Source: a virus. Taken from it: a DNA stretch of 64,000 nt. The notes below the pieces were generated by a model. That model saw only the letters and a program-made list of their open reading frames with translations. It was not told where the DNA came from and ran no database searches. This document shows, piece by piece, positions 22,232 through 30,525 of the stretch; the stretch's first letter is position 1, and every line of letters starts with the position of its first letter. The translations under genes were made by a program, and so were the position numbers. The DNA lies in the IMG/VR virus record IMGVR_UViG_3300044858_003017; one strand, given 5' to 3'.

Positions 22232-22980
22232 TACATGTCCTGCCGTATTCCTAATTTAGGAAGATATGTTCTCCAAATGTTTAAAATGTTTTCTTTTTCC
22301 TGTGCAGATATAGCATCGTTACTTACCCACATAGATAAATATTCATCAACCACCGTTTTGAATGGCTGTTTGCTTTTCTTTGCCTTAAAATACAATCCTT
22401 GAAGCATAGCAGGAATTTCTTTAGGCAACGTAAAATAACGTGCTGCAGGTAATTTACCAGCTTCAATACGATCTCGAAGCCTTTGGTCCGAAGGAATATA
22501 TTTGCCATCAATTGTATTCCAACCACTTTGCGTTACATGTTCAATTTCATGGCGCAATGTATCTCGCAAGTTCATTGCAATTTCACTCAACACCTTAGGA
22601 TATTCTGCCGGATCAATTTGCATTCTAACTTCAATCAAAGGCGGTTCATCTGAATCTCGCTTTGTGTCATTGAAAGCATCTCCGCCGTAACGTAAATCAT
22701 TAAGGCCTTCAATCCATTGTATTTTTAATTGCAGATAAAATTCTACCGGTATGGTTGCATTTTCAACTTCTTCAAAATATACTGCAGGCTGTTGTTTATC
22801 ATCTTCGATAAGGGGAACTGTTTCTGATTTGGTATAGTATATCTTTTTACCACCAAATTCTCCCGAAGCCGTTTGTGTTGACGAATAACTGTCTTTGATT
22901 ATTGCTAAAAGTGTATTCGCCAACTTTGTAACTAAAGAATCATAACGACCTTCTAAAATTAAACGCTTCATTGATATCAT
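22231..22980 (-). CDS. HExxH-motif protein (possible zinc metallopeptidase)
   Basis: LRHEIEHVTQ followed by Y...P-K-E; MISMKRLILE start. Confidence 0.65.
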   Translation of the reverse strand: MISMKRLILEGRYDSLVTKLANTLLAIIKDSYSSTQTASGEFGGKKIYYTKSETVPLIEDDKQQPAVYFEEVENATIPVEFYLQLKIQWIEGLNDLRYGGDAFNDTKRDSDEPPLIEVRMQIDPAEYPKVLSEIAMNLRDTLRHEIEHVTQSGWNTIDGKYIPSDQRLRDRIEAGKLPAARYFTLPKEIPAMLQGLYFKAKKSKQPFKTVVDEYLSMWVSNDAISAQEKENILNIWRTYLPKLGIRQDM

Positions 22981-22991
22981 ATTAATAAATA

Positions 22992-23546
22992 TTACTCAAG
23001 CAAATTGTAATTCCAATAACGTTCTTTGTCTTGATTAAAAGGATTACCTGTTTGTTGATAGTAACAATTCATGCAAAGCATTTGAAGATTTTCTATGCAA
23101 TGATTTGCGTCATCTCCATCAATATGGTCTAAAAGTAAAGGAACTGTATCATCGGTTATTCTGCGTTCTGCATAACCACAGCTGTTGCATTGTTCTGGAA
23201 GTATTGCTAATGCTAATAATCTATTGCGTAGCTTCCACGTAGGATAGTTAGGATGCTTGCCTGTTAAGATATTATCAATTGAATATATACCTTTATTGGC
23301 TTTGCAAACATCTTTTGGTATTCCTACTCCAAATTGATTTTTGTGAAGTTCATACAAAGTCTTTCCAGTATCTCGGTCCTCATACATTCGAGCATACTTC
23401 TTATAAGTAGTGAATGACACCTTAAGGAACCGAGCCGCCGCGGCATTAGATTTTGTATTTTCCATTGCATAGCGTATTTCGCTTTCTGGAATATCTAATG
23501 CCGTTTTGCCTAAACCGTAAATGTATTTGTATTGTTTTTCTTCCAT
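22992..23546 (-). CDS. HNH endonuclease-like protein with N-terminal HTH
   Basis: CNSC...LDHIDGD-x2-NH-x3-NLQMLCMNC; SNAAAARFLKVS HTH-like segment. Confidence 0.8.
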   Translation of the reverse strand: MEEKQYKYIYGLGKTALDIPESEIRYAMENTKSNAAAARFLKVSFTTYKKYARMYEDRDTGKTLYELHKNQFGVGIPKDVCKANKGIYSIDNILTGKHPNYPTWKLRNRLLALAILPEQCNSCGYAERRITDDTVPLLLDHIDGDDANHCIENLQMLCMNCYYQQTGNPFNQDKERYWNYNLLE

Positions 23547-23932
23547 TAATACAATCCGTGTTTTCTTAAAATACTAACTGCTTCTTTTGGAAACGTTTTG
23601 TTATCATACATCTCCGTAACCATTTCTTGCAGTTTGCTAATTTTTGATGCAAAGAATGTTGGATGCACTTTGGATAATTCTCTTACCTCAGTAATCCAAA
23701 AAGAATATACTGGATATTTGTCATTAAATCTATCTTTATCCGTACGATTCTCCCAATACTCAATTTGATCTGCAAGTGGCCACATATGTATCGGAATATT
23801 TGGATCTTTGCGCATAGCTGGCTTTATCGGCTGTCCCGCTTCGCGTTTTATGTTTTTAGAAATAAATTTGTCCATGATCATTGCAGAACGATCCTTCGGG
23901 GACATACCTGTGTGTGCTGATTTTCTACCCAT
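23546..23932 (-). CDS. hypothetical protein
   Basis: 128-aa ORF coupled to neighbours. Confidence 0.7.
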   Translation of the reverse strand: MGRKSAHTGMSPKDRSAMIMDKFISKNIKREAGQPIKPAMRKDPNIPIHMWPLADQIEYWENRTDKDRFNDKYPVYSFWITEVRELSKVHPTFFASKISKLQEMVTEMYDNKTFPKEAVSILRKHGLY

Positions 23933-24125
23933 TTGGTTGTTTTATTTTTTCGGTTAATATAACTAATTTACGCCAAGCATCTTCTGCTCGATATGCATAT
24001 GTTTTGAATTGTATAACATCTAACTTTTTACGTGCCAGTTCCATACGTTTCATGTTGCGATGATATGCTGCATGAAGTATTGCAATTCGAAATCGCAGTA
24101 TTGCATTATGAATTTTTCTTATCAT
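23925..24125 (-). CDS. small basic hypothetical protein
   Basis: 66-aa ORF. Confidence 0.6.
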   Translation of the reverse strand: MIRKIHNAILRFRIAILHAAYHRNMKRMELARKKLDVIQFKTYAYRAEDAWRKLVILTEKIKQPNG

Positions 24126-24381
24126 GTTTCTCCAATGTTGATTTCAATTTATTCTTGATAAAATATTCATGAACTGCTTCACAATCTTCATGGCAATCGA
24201 TAAATACAACACATCGTCCGGCATTATGTACTATCAAAGCACACTGATGAGCTTGCAATTCATTATGCCCACATGCATCAACCAAACAATTGATAACATG
24301 ATCAAACGTATTGCGATTGTCATTGTGCAAAGTAATTTGATACTTGCCTCGTTTAGATTTCGTCGACTGCTTCTTTGACAT
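24106..24381 (-). CDS. clpS: ClpS-like Clp protease adaptor (start moved to MSKKQS)
   Basis: LHNDNRNTFDHVINCL...QAHQCALIVHNAGRCVV fits the ClpS pattern. Confidence 0.85.
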   Translation of the reverse strand: MSKKQSTKSKRGKYQITLHNDNRNTFDHVINCLVDACGHNELQAHQCALIVHNAGRCVVFIDCHEDCEAVHEYFIKNKLKSTLEKHDKKNS

Positions 24382-24553
24382 CTCGTATAATTGCACATTG
24401 TTCATATAATTCTCGTTCTTCAGCATAACGCAATGATTCATTCAAAAAACGCATGCGGCGAGGCTTGTCCCACGTGTCAGGCCAATCCCATTCACCCGTT
24501 GCCATGATGTTAATTGAATCGATAAATAATTGTTCTATGAAATTCTGATTCAT
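24353..24553 (-). CDS. small UVR-motif-like protein
   Basis: AEERELYEQCAIIRD resembles the UvrB/C E-x-YE-x-AA-x-x-RD motif. Confidence 0.6.
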   Translation of the reverse strand: MNQNFIEQLFIDSINIMATGEWDWPDTWDKPRRMRFLNESLRYAEERELYEQCAIIRDVKEAVDEI

Positions 24554-24588
24554 AACTTAATATAAATAAAATTGACGCAGAATCCAAA

Positions 24589-25287
24589 TTATTTGATAAT
24601 GAGCTTCTGACCTGGTTTAATCATATCTGATTTTAAATTGTTTGCTCGTTTAATTGCATCAACCGTTGTTTTATATTTTGATGCAATTACACTTAAACTA
24701 TCACCAGACTTTACTGTATAAGTCTTTGATGCTTTTGTAGATTGAGTATCTGTTATATTGTCAGTTTCCTTACTCATACTTAAGAATTGTTTTTGATTCC
24801 AATCCATTCGTTTTCTTACACTAGGGGTATTTCTGTATTCAGCATGGTTAAGATATTCTTTAGCTGCAGCAGACCATTTGCCAGCATTCATTAATTTTAT
24901 AGTATCATGTGATGATTTTATTTCGCCACGATATGCTGCATTAATAAGGCCCTGTCTTACATTAACAGGTAACTTTTTATAATCAGGAACGAGTCTAGCT
25001 GCTTTTAATGATGCAGCAAACAAATCATTCTTTAAAAGTTCTTTAGCATCTGAATCAGATATACCATTTTTAAATCTATCGCTGCGAACATCACTAGGAG
25101 TTAATTTATGACCATATGCAATAGTAGGCAACCCGCCTTCTGGACTTTTATGCGGGTACCAACGTTGTTTTTTATCATTCCATCCACCTGGTTTATATGC
25201 TTTATTATTCTCCCATTGCATTACTTTTTGCATAAAGTCACTAGTTATTGCAGCAGCTTCCGTTAACAATGATTTTAATGATATCAT
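24589..25287 (-). CDS. phage lysozyme-like muramidase with C-terminal LysM
   Basis: WE...EGGLPTIAYGH (GH24-like); LysM YTVKSGDSLSVIASKY...ANNLKSDMIKPGQKL. Confidence 0.85.
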   Translation of the reverse strand: MISLKSLLTEAAAITSDFMQKVMQWENNKAYKPGGWNDKKQRWYPHKSPEGGLPTIAYGHKLTPSDVRSDRFKNGISDSDAKELLKNDLFAASLKAARLVPDYKKLPVNVRQGLINAAYRGEIKSSHDTIKLMNAGKWSAAAKEYLNHAEYRNTPSVRKRMDWNQKQFLSMSKETDNITDTQSTKASKTYTVKSGDSLSVIASKYKTTVDAIKRANNLKSDMIKPGQKLIIK

Positions 25288-25676
25288 GATTTCTTACCCC
25301 AATTTTTCGCACCCTTCTTTCTACAAGCTGCAAGTGCTAATGATCCATATGCAGATGGCCAAACATCATATCGAGCTTTTACTTTGTAGTAGCACGCATC
25401 TCGTTTAGCTTTCTTTTTTTCTTCAATTGCACCTTCTGCCTTAGGAGTACGTTTACCCATACCAACTTTACGTTTTTGTGCAACCAATGATTTTTTTTCT
25501 TTTTTATCAAATGAACTCCATGTTTTAGGAGTATCTTTTGATACTTTGCGAGAAGGCCGACATTTCTTAACGCCTTTGGTTTTATCATTACCACAAGGGC
25601 GTCCATGTTGATCTGTCCATTTTTCCTTTACCCATCTGCGTAAATCTTCTGACAATAAATCAACTAATCGTATCAT
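25284..25676 (-). CDS. basic hypothetical virion protein
   Basis: EDLRRWVKEKW...KCRPS and DACYYKVKARYDVWPSAY modules; Lys-rich. Confidence 0.7.
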   Translation of the reverse strand: MIRLVDLLSEDLRRWVKEKWTDQHGRPCGNDKTKGVKKCRPSRKVSKDTPKTWSSFDKKEKKSLVAQKRKVGMGKRTPKAEGAIEEKKKAKRDACYYKVKARYDVWPSAYGSLALAACRKKGAKNWGKKS

Positions 25677-26008
25677 CGTTTTCCTTGTTCTTCTCGAATA
25701 ATTAATTCACCTAAAACTTCTAAACGTCCAACTTCACGTTGAAATTCAATTTGTGTCATTGAAGTAGATATTTTTTTATATGTTTCTTCAAATTCTCGTT
25801 TTGCTTTATCTAAATCAAATCGACCTGCAGCAGCTCGTTTATAATATGGTAACTTAACTTTGAAATGATGCCACGTAAGTAAAGCTAATCCGCCTTTCTT
25901 TTTAGCATTATCAACAATTTTTTCAGCACCCGCTTCGCGAGTGTCAGCAAATGATTCAAATGTTTCTTTTTTAACTTTTGATTCAAACAAATAATTTCTT
26001 AGTTTCAT
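25673..26008 (-). CDS. hypothetical protein (start moved to MKLRNYLFE)
   Basis: ATATTTAT motif at 26013-26020 just upstream. Confidence 0.7.
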   Translation of the reverse strand: MKLRNYLFESKVKKETFESFADTREAGAEKIVDNAKKKGGLALLTWHHFKVKLPYYKRAAAGRFDLDKAKREFEETYKKISTSMTQIEFQREVGRLEVLGELIIREEQGKR

Positions 26009-26019
26009 ATTAATAAATA

Positions 26020-26682
26020 TCACAACGTAGGAATCAATTTGTATGATTTTCGTCCAAACATTAACATGGATCTAAAATCAGCTTGTTGAAATGCATCTAA
26101 TGAATGTTTTGATAACATATTAAAACGTTTAACAACTGATATCGTTTCATCCCAATTGGTTTGTTGAAGTACGTTTTCTACATAATCAATATCATTTAAC
26201 ATATCTGATACGTCTCTATAATCCCATTCAATATGAACAACAGGCCGTACTTTATCTTCAAAAATATAATCAATGCATAAATCTAAACCGCATTTGAATT
26301 CAGCAGTTAAGATTCTTAATAGTTCGGGACGTTGTGTTGCATATGTTTTTACTTGTTCTGCAGCTTCTCCCGATACTGGATATCTAAAAACAAATTGACT
26401 GTGATCTAATATCAATTCAGACTCGCTACGTTGCGTAAGCCATGGCTGAATTATTGCATGAGCTCCCTTTGCAGCATCACCATCTTTATACCAGGTAGTA
26501 TCATGTTCTAATACAACGTTATTATGGCGATAATATGCTTGTTCAATTTCATTTAAATCAAAACCTTCATGATCAACATGACACGTATAATTTAGTAATA
26601 CATGTTCTGCGACGTCATCTGGCAATGGTTTTGAAATTGTAATATCATGATAGACAGGTTTTGATACGCTATAACTTAACAT
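26020..26682 (-). CDS. hypothetical protein
   Basis: 220-aa ORF, TAATG-coupled. Confidence 0.75.
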   Translation of the reverse strand: MLSYSVSKPVYHDITISKPLPDDVAEHVLLNYTCHVDHEGFDLNEIEQAYYRHNNVVLEHDTTWYKDGDAAKGAHAIIQPWLTQRSESELILDHSQFVFRYPVSGEAAEQVKTYATQRPELLRILTAEFKCGLDLCIDYIFEDKVRPVVHIEWDYRDVSDMLNDIDYVENVLQQTNWDETISVVKRFNMLSKHSLDAFQQADFRSMLMFGRKSYKLIPTL

Positions 26683-27080
26683 TACATCATGTTTTTTATT
26701 ATGTTTGCAAAATTTGTTTTTGAATTATTAAAATCAGAATCGGCATCATCAAATAATTTAGTTTCATATGAATTTTTTGATTTTTTAATTAAACAAACCG
26801 TTGCATCAAATTGTTCCAATCCGTTTAACAAATAAACGATTCCAAAATATGCATATGAATCACAAACCTTTGCAATGAATTCTGCTTTTGAAAATATCAA
26901 TTTCATTGTACCTAAATCTTCTATAGGTGCACTAAAAACGTGTTCTTTTCTTTTTAGTCCTAAATATGTAAACTTAGGAGATGTTTTCATTTGTTTTGAA
27001 AATTCCTTAAAGAATGGTTTCGCCAAAGCCTTTGGATCAATAACATCATTTTCATTTAATATGTTTTTTAATTTCATCAT
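26682..27080 (-). CDS. hypothetical protein
   Basis: MMKLKNILNE start. Confidence 0.75.
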   Translation of the reverse strand: MMKLKNILNENDVIDPKALAKPFFKEFSKQMKTSPKFTYLGLKRKEHVFSAPIEDLGTMKLIFSKAEFIAKVCDSYAYFGIVYLLNGLEQFDATVCLIKKSKNSYETKLFDDADSDFNNSKTNFANIIKNMM

Positions 27081-27496
27081 TTTGTTAGATCCTTATTGTC
27101 TAGAGCTCCACCGGTTACCCACGCAGTACAAGATCTTGTCCCAGCACACTTAAAATGTAAAAAATTACAATATCCTAAATCTGCCTTTTCTATAGTAGCC
27201 ATAGCATCGATATTTTTTTCATCGCCCTCTATGCCCTTTGCCATGCATGCCCACATTTTATCTGAAACATCAAATGCAGCACAATTACCACATTTCATTG
27301 TTTTAGCAGTAGCTTCATCAATTTTCCAACGCTTAGCTGCATCTTTCCAATACTGTCCCGGTTTATCTGGATTTGCGGGTCCATAATAATATTCATCAAT
27401 TGCATGTTGTCGATTTTTTAAATTGACATGAATATCTTGCGTAGCAATTGGACAACCCGTTTTTGCTTCAATTAATATGTGTTTAAGCTTTTGCAT
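27077..27496 (-). CDS. Cys-rich hypothetical phage protein
   Basis: YGPANP...CGNCAAFD...GYC...FKCAGTRSCTAW. Confidence 0.75.
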   Translation of the reverse strand: MQKLKHILIEAKTGCPIATQDIHVNLKNRQHAIDEYYYGPANPDKPGQYWKDAAKRWKIDEATAKTMKCGNCAAFDVSDKMWACMAKGIEGDEKNIDAMATIEKADLGYCNFLHFKCAGTRSCTAWVTGGALDNKDLTK

Positions 27497-27960
27497 TATT
27501 TTTTATGTTTTGAAATTTCAATTGCAGCCAATTGTTTAAGTGCTGCCTTACGTGTTTTATGTGTGCCTAAACGCTTTCCACCTTTTTTAGGATATACTGC
27601 CCAACCATCTTCAACTTTGCGTATTGTTTCGTGCATTGCTTGTTTGAGATGATTTTTAAATCCGACCGGAACGAATTGTGGCCGTTGCATGTTGTATGAT
27701 TCTGCACTATCATGCATTTCATTCATCAAGAAATCTCCAACCTCTTGTACATCATCTTTTGAGGTTGCAATATGATCTGCAGCCCAATCATGACCATCGT
27801 TTAATATTTCTTGTACTTGCTCTGGATCCATTTGCAACATGGCATCTACATATTTTTTAATGATTTTTAAATTACCAAAAAACATGTAATTGCTATCGTT
27901 ATCATTGCATCCGCCTTTAGCACTACCGCAGCCACAACTACATTCGTCGAGTCTTTTCAT
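27496..27960 (-). CDS. hypothetical protein
   Basis: CSCGC, DWAADHI and basic RLGTHKTRKAALKQLAAIEISK modules. Confidence 0.75.
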   Translation of the reverse strand: MKRLDECSCGCGSAKGGCNDNDSNYMFFGNLKIIKKYVDAMLQMDPEQVQEILNDGHDWAADHIATSKDDVQEVGDFLMNEMHDSAESYNMQRPQFVPVGFKNHLKQAMHETIRKVEDGWAVYPKKGGKRLGTHKTRKAALKQLAAIEISKHKK

Positions 27961-27961
27961 A

Positions 27962-28132
27962 TTAAGCCTTTGCTAACACTGACCAAATAGTTCCAGTTAA
28001 AGTAATGATACCGCCAATAATTTCCGTAGCAGTAGCTTCATCAATAATTCCTTTGGTAATCAAAATACCACCAACGAATGTTAGAGTATGACGAAGAATA
28101 CCAAGTAATTGTTCTTTTGTTAAACGTTTCAT
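27962..28132 (-). CDS. 56-aa two-TM holin-like protein (MKRLTKEQLLGILRHTLTFVGG...), not in ORF track
   Basis: hand translation; two TM helices; ATATTTAT motif and AAGGA upstream. Confidence 0.75.
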   Translation of the reverse strand: MKRLTKEQLLGILRHTLTFVGGILITKGIIDEATATEIIGGIITLTGTIWSVLAKA

Positions 28133-28159
28133 ATTTTCCTTTTATATAAATATATGTTA

Positions 28160-29320
28160 TTATGGATTCAATTGAACGTTAGTCCAGCGGCCATTGGTTG
28201 CACTATAAATATATAATATTTCTGTAGCATCATTCCAATACATACTTCCTGCGAACGGGCTCCCTCCGGTTTGTTGTATCGGAATTGCAAATTGACCACT
28301 CGATGTGGTGTCACCTAGGATGCGTAAATCTACCGTAGCAAATTTTACAGCACTCATTGATCCTGTTACGTTAAATGATCCAGTGACGGTTACTGCAGAT
28401 ATAGTATCAGTACCTGGATTAACACGTATGTTTGTTACCGTATTCAAACTTTCCGCAGCCGGCGTTGCATTACCAGAATCTACTATTACCATAAAATGAT
28501 CAGCGTCTGCAGCCGTACGCTGTACTAATACTTGTCTAGATAAATCAGCAAACGATGCAGTGACTGCTCTAGATGATGATACTGCAACTGAAGCCGTTCC
28601 TTGCAACGAAGCCGTAACATCTGCTGTTACTAGTAATGAACCGGTAATCTGAACACTACCAGTAATTGCATGGTTATCAGTTAATGCATTACCAATTACA
28701 ACTCCAGTTCCGGTTACTACAAGTTCGGTTGAACTGCCACTAGTAACGGAAAATTGTGTTGGTGATACTGAGGCGGTGACACTTCCAGTTACTATTTGAG
28801 ATAAATTTAATCCAATAACACCAGAGGCTGGTACTACTGAAGCAAAGGATGCACTAGTTGCAAATGAAGCGCTTTGTGCTTGTAAAGCATAAGATGCTGT
28901 TGTTGCAAAACTACTAGATACAGCATTTAAAACATATGATGCTGTTGTAGCAAACGAAGAACTTAATGCAGCTGCTGCATACGATGATGTTGCTGTAATT
29001 GTATTTGTTGTTGCATTATATGTTAATCCCGTAGCATCAACTCGCTGTCCTACATTACCTGTTGCCGCTTCAACAAACGTAACATAATATGGACCAGTAC
29101 CTGTTGTTGTATTAGTTACTGCTACATTTGTTGCATTAGTAGCAGTTGTAGCAAAAGATGCTGTTCCTGTTAATGCACCAATCAATGAACCCGTAAATGA
29201 TCCGGTTGCAATTACTGTTGTAGTAGCACTAGTTCCATCTAATGCATCTATAATATTTGTTATATGAGCGGGTTGTATAGTCCCACCACCGGTGATACCT
29301 GTTCTACTTATTGTTGCCAT
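28160..29320 (-). CDS. tail-fibre-like structural protein
   Basis: T/S/A/G-rich with TASFA/SSSFA/TASYA and TGS repeats; C-terminal GSMYWN. Confidence 0.7.
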   Translation of the reverse strand: MATISRTGITGGGTIQPAHITNIIDALDGTSATTTVIATGSFTGSLIGALTGTASFATTATNATNVAVTNTTTGTGPYYVTFVEAATGNVGQRVDATGLTYNATTNTITATSSYAAAALSSSFATTASYVLNAVSSSFATTASYALQAQSASFATSASFASVVPASGVIGLNLSQIVTGSVTASVSPTQFSVTSGSSTELVVTGTGVVIGNALTDNHAITGSVQITGSLLVTADVTASLQGTASVAVSSSRAVTASFADLSRQVLVQRTAADADHFMVIVDSGNATPAAESLNTVTNIRVNPGTDTISAVTVTGSFNVTGSMSAVKFATVDLRILGDTTSSGQFAIPIQQTGGSPFAGSMYWNDATEILYIYSATNGRWTNVQLNP

Positions 29321-29513
29321 TTACGTCCTTGTTTTTCTTTTTATATCTTGGCCAATTTTTTGTTTTTTCATTCAACCATTCTTGGCGATCATCACAACCA
29401 CAATCTTCATCTAAAAGTTGTGCAATGCGTTTTGCAAGTTCATCTAAACGAGTTGCACTCGTAATTCGTTTAATGTCATCACCCAATCCTCTACTTTGCA
29501 TATTTGCTCCCAT
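29304..29513 (-). CDS. small hypothetical protein
   Basis: SRGLGD...DCGCDDRQEWLN. Confidence 0.7.
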   Translation of the reverse strand: MGANMQSRGLGDDIKRITSATRLDELAKRIAQLLDEDCGCDDRQEWLNEKTKNWPRYKKKNKDVNGNNK

Positions 29514-30525
29514 TTCGTATTTTATTTAAAAGTTGTATCATAACCGTTTGCCATTGCGGAGTATGTGGAATTTCAAATACGCGTGTGCCCGGATATGTGT
29601 ATTCTTGTTCTGGACGCATCAATTGCATATGTCCTGTATCATCAATACCTAATACTTTGAATGGCACATTGCGCATTGTAATTCTATTACCAGGTATCAT
29701 AGTGCATCGACCCGGATGTTTCCATTGTCCCATATGGTCTTCTATGCCCCCGGTGAATTGCATTATATTATTCCAATCCGTTTCCGTAAGTGTTCGTTGT
29801 TTAGTAATGTGTTGTGCTAATGGCTCAACAACTCGTTCGGTAAATACCATTTGTCCTAATTCTGTTTGTCGCAACATTTCTTTTAATTTATCTATTAAAC
29901 CTTTGTTCCGTAAATGTTTATATGCTAAATTTTCAATTGAATATTCTCCTGCAGTATCCAATCCAGTTTGCCGAAGTTTTCTTAAACGTTTCAACAATGT
30001 TTTGATTTTAAAATCTAATTTAGCATCATCTGGTTTCAAGTTATTGATTTCATATTCAAACGGATCAGCCTTTTGTTGAATAACAGTATCATCAATTTGA
30101 ATGATATCGGCTGCAGGCTTTGTAATCCATTTATTATTTAATATGGAATATACTCCTACTGAATTATGTAGTTGTTGATTTGAATCTTGAGCATATAATT
30201 CAATGTTCATGCCTTGATATGTTAACGGATAATTTGCGGACCAAACTGATTTTTTAGCACGCATATAATCATCAACCACGTGCAAGTTAGTTCCTATTTG
30301 CAAATAGTTCGTAATTACATGTAAATCAATATCACTGTATTTTGTCCAATTATAATTGGCATTGCTACCAATTAATACAATATCAATAACTGGTATATCT
30401 TTTCCTAAAAACTCAGTGAATTTCGAAGCAATACGCAATAGACCATCTCGAACCTTAGGTTTCAATTGATGTCCTATCCAAAGCTTTGGATTCAATTCAT
30501 TATGTGTTTGATATTCGTTTATCAT
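29491..30525 (-). CDS. Pol-beta superfamily nucleotidyltransferase domain protein
   Basis: IGSNANYNWTKYSDIDLH (GS...DxD) and IELYAQD. Confidence 0.75.
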   Translation of the reverse strand: MINEYQTHNELNPKLWIGHQLKPKVRDGLLRIASKFTEFLGKDIPVIDIVLIGSNANYNWTKYSDIDLHVITNYLQIGTNLHVVDDYMRAKKSVWSANYPLTYQGMNIELYAQDSNQQLHNSVGVYSILNNKWITKPAADIIQIDDTVIQQKADPFEYEINNLKPDDAKLDFKIKTLLKRLRKLRQTGLDTAGEYSIENLAYKHLRNKGLIDKLKEMLRQTELGQMVFTERVVEPLAQHITKQRTLTETDWNNIMQFTGGIEDHMGQWKHPGRCTMIPGNRITMRNVPFKVLGIDDTGHMQLMRPEQEYTYPGTRVFEIPHTPQWQTVMIQLLNKIRNGSKYAK

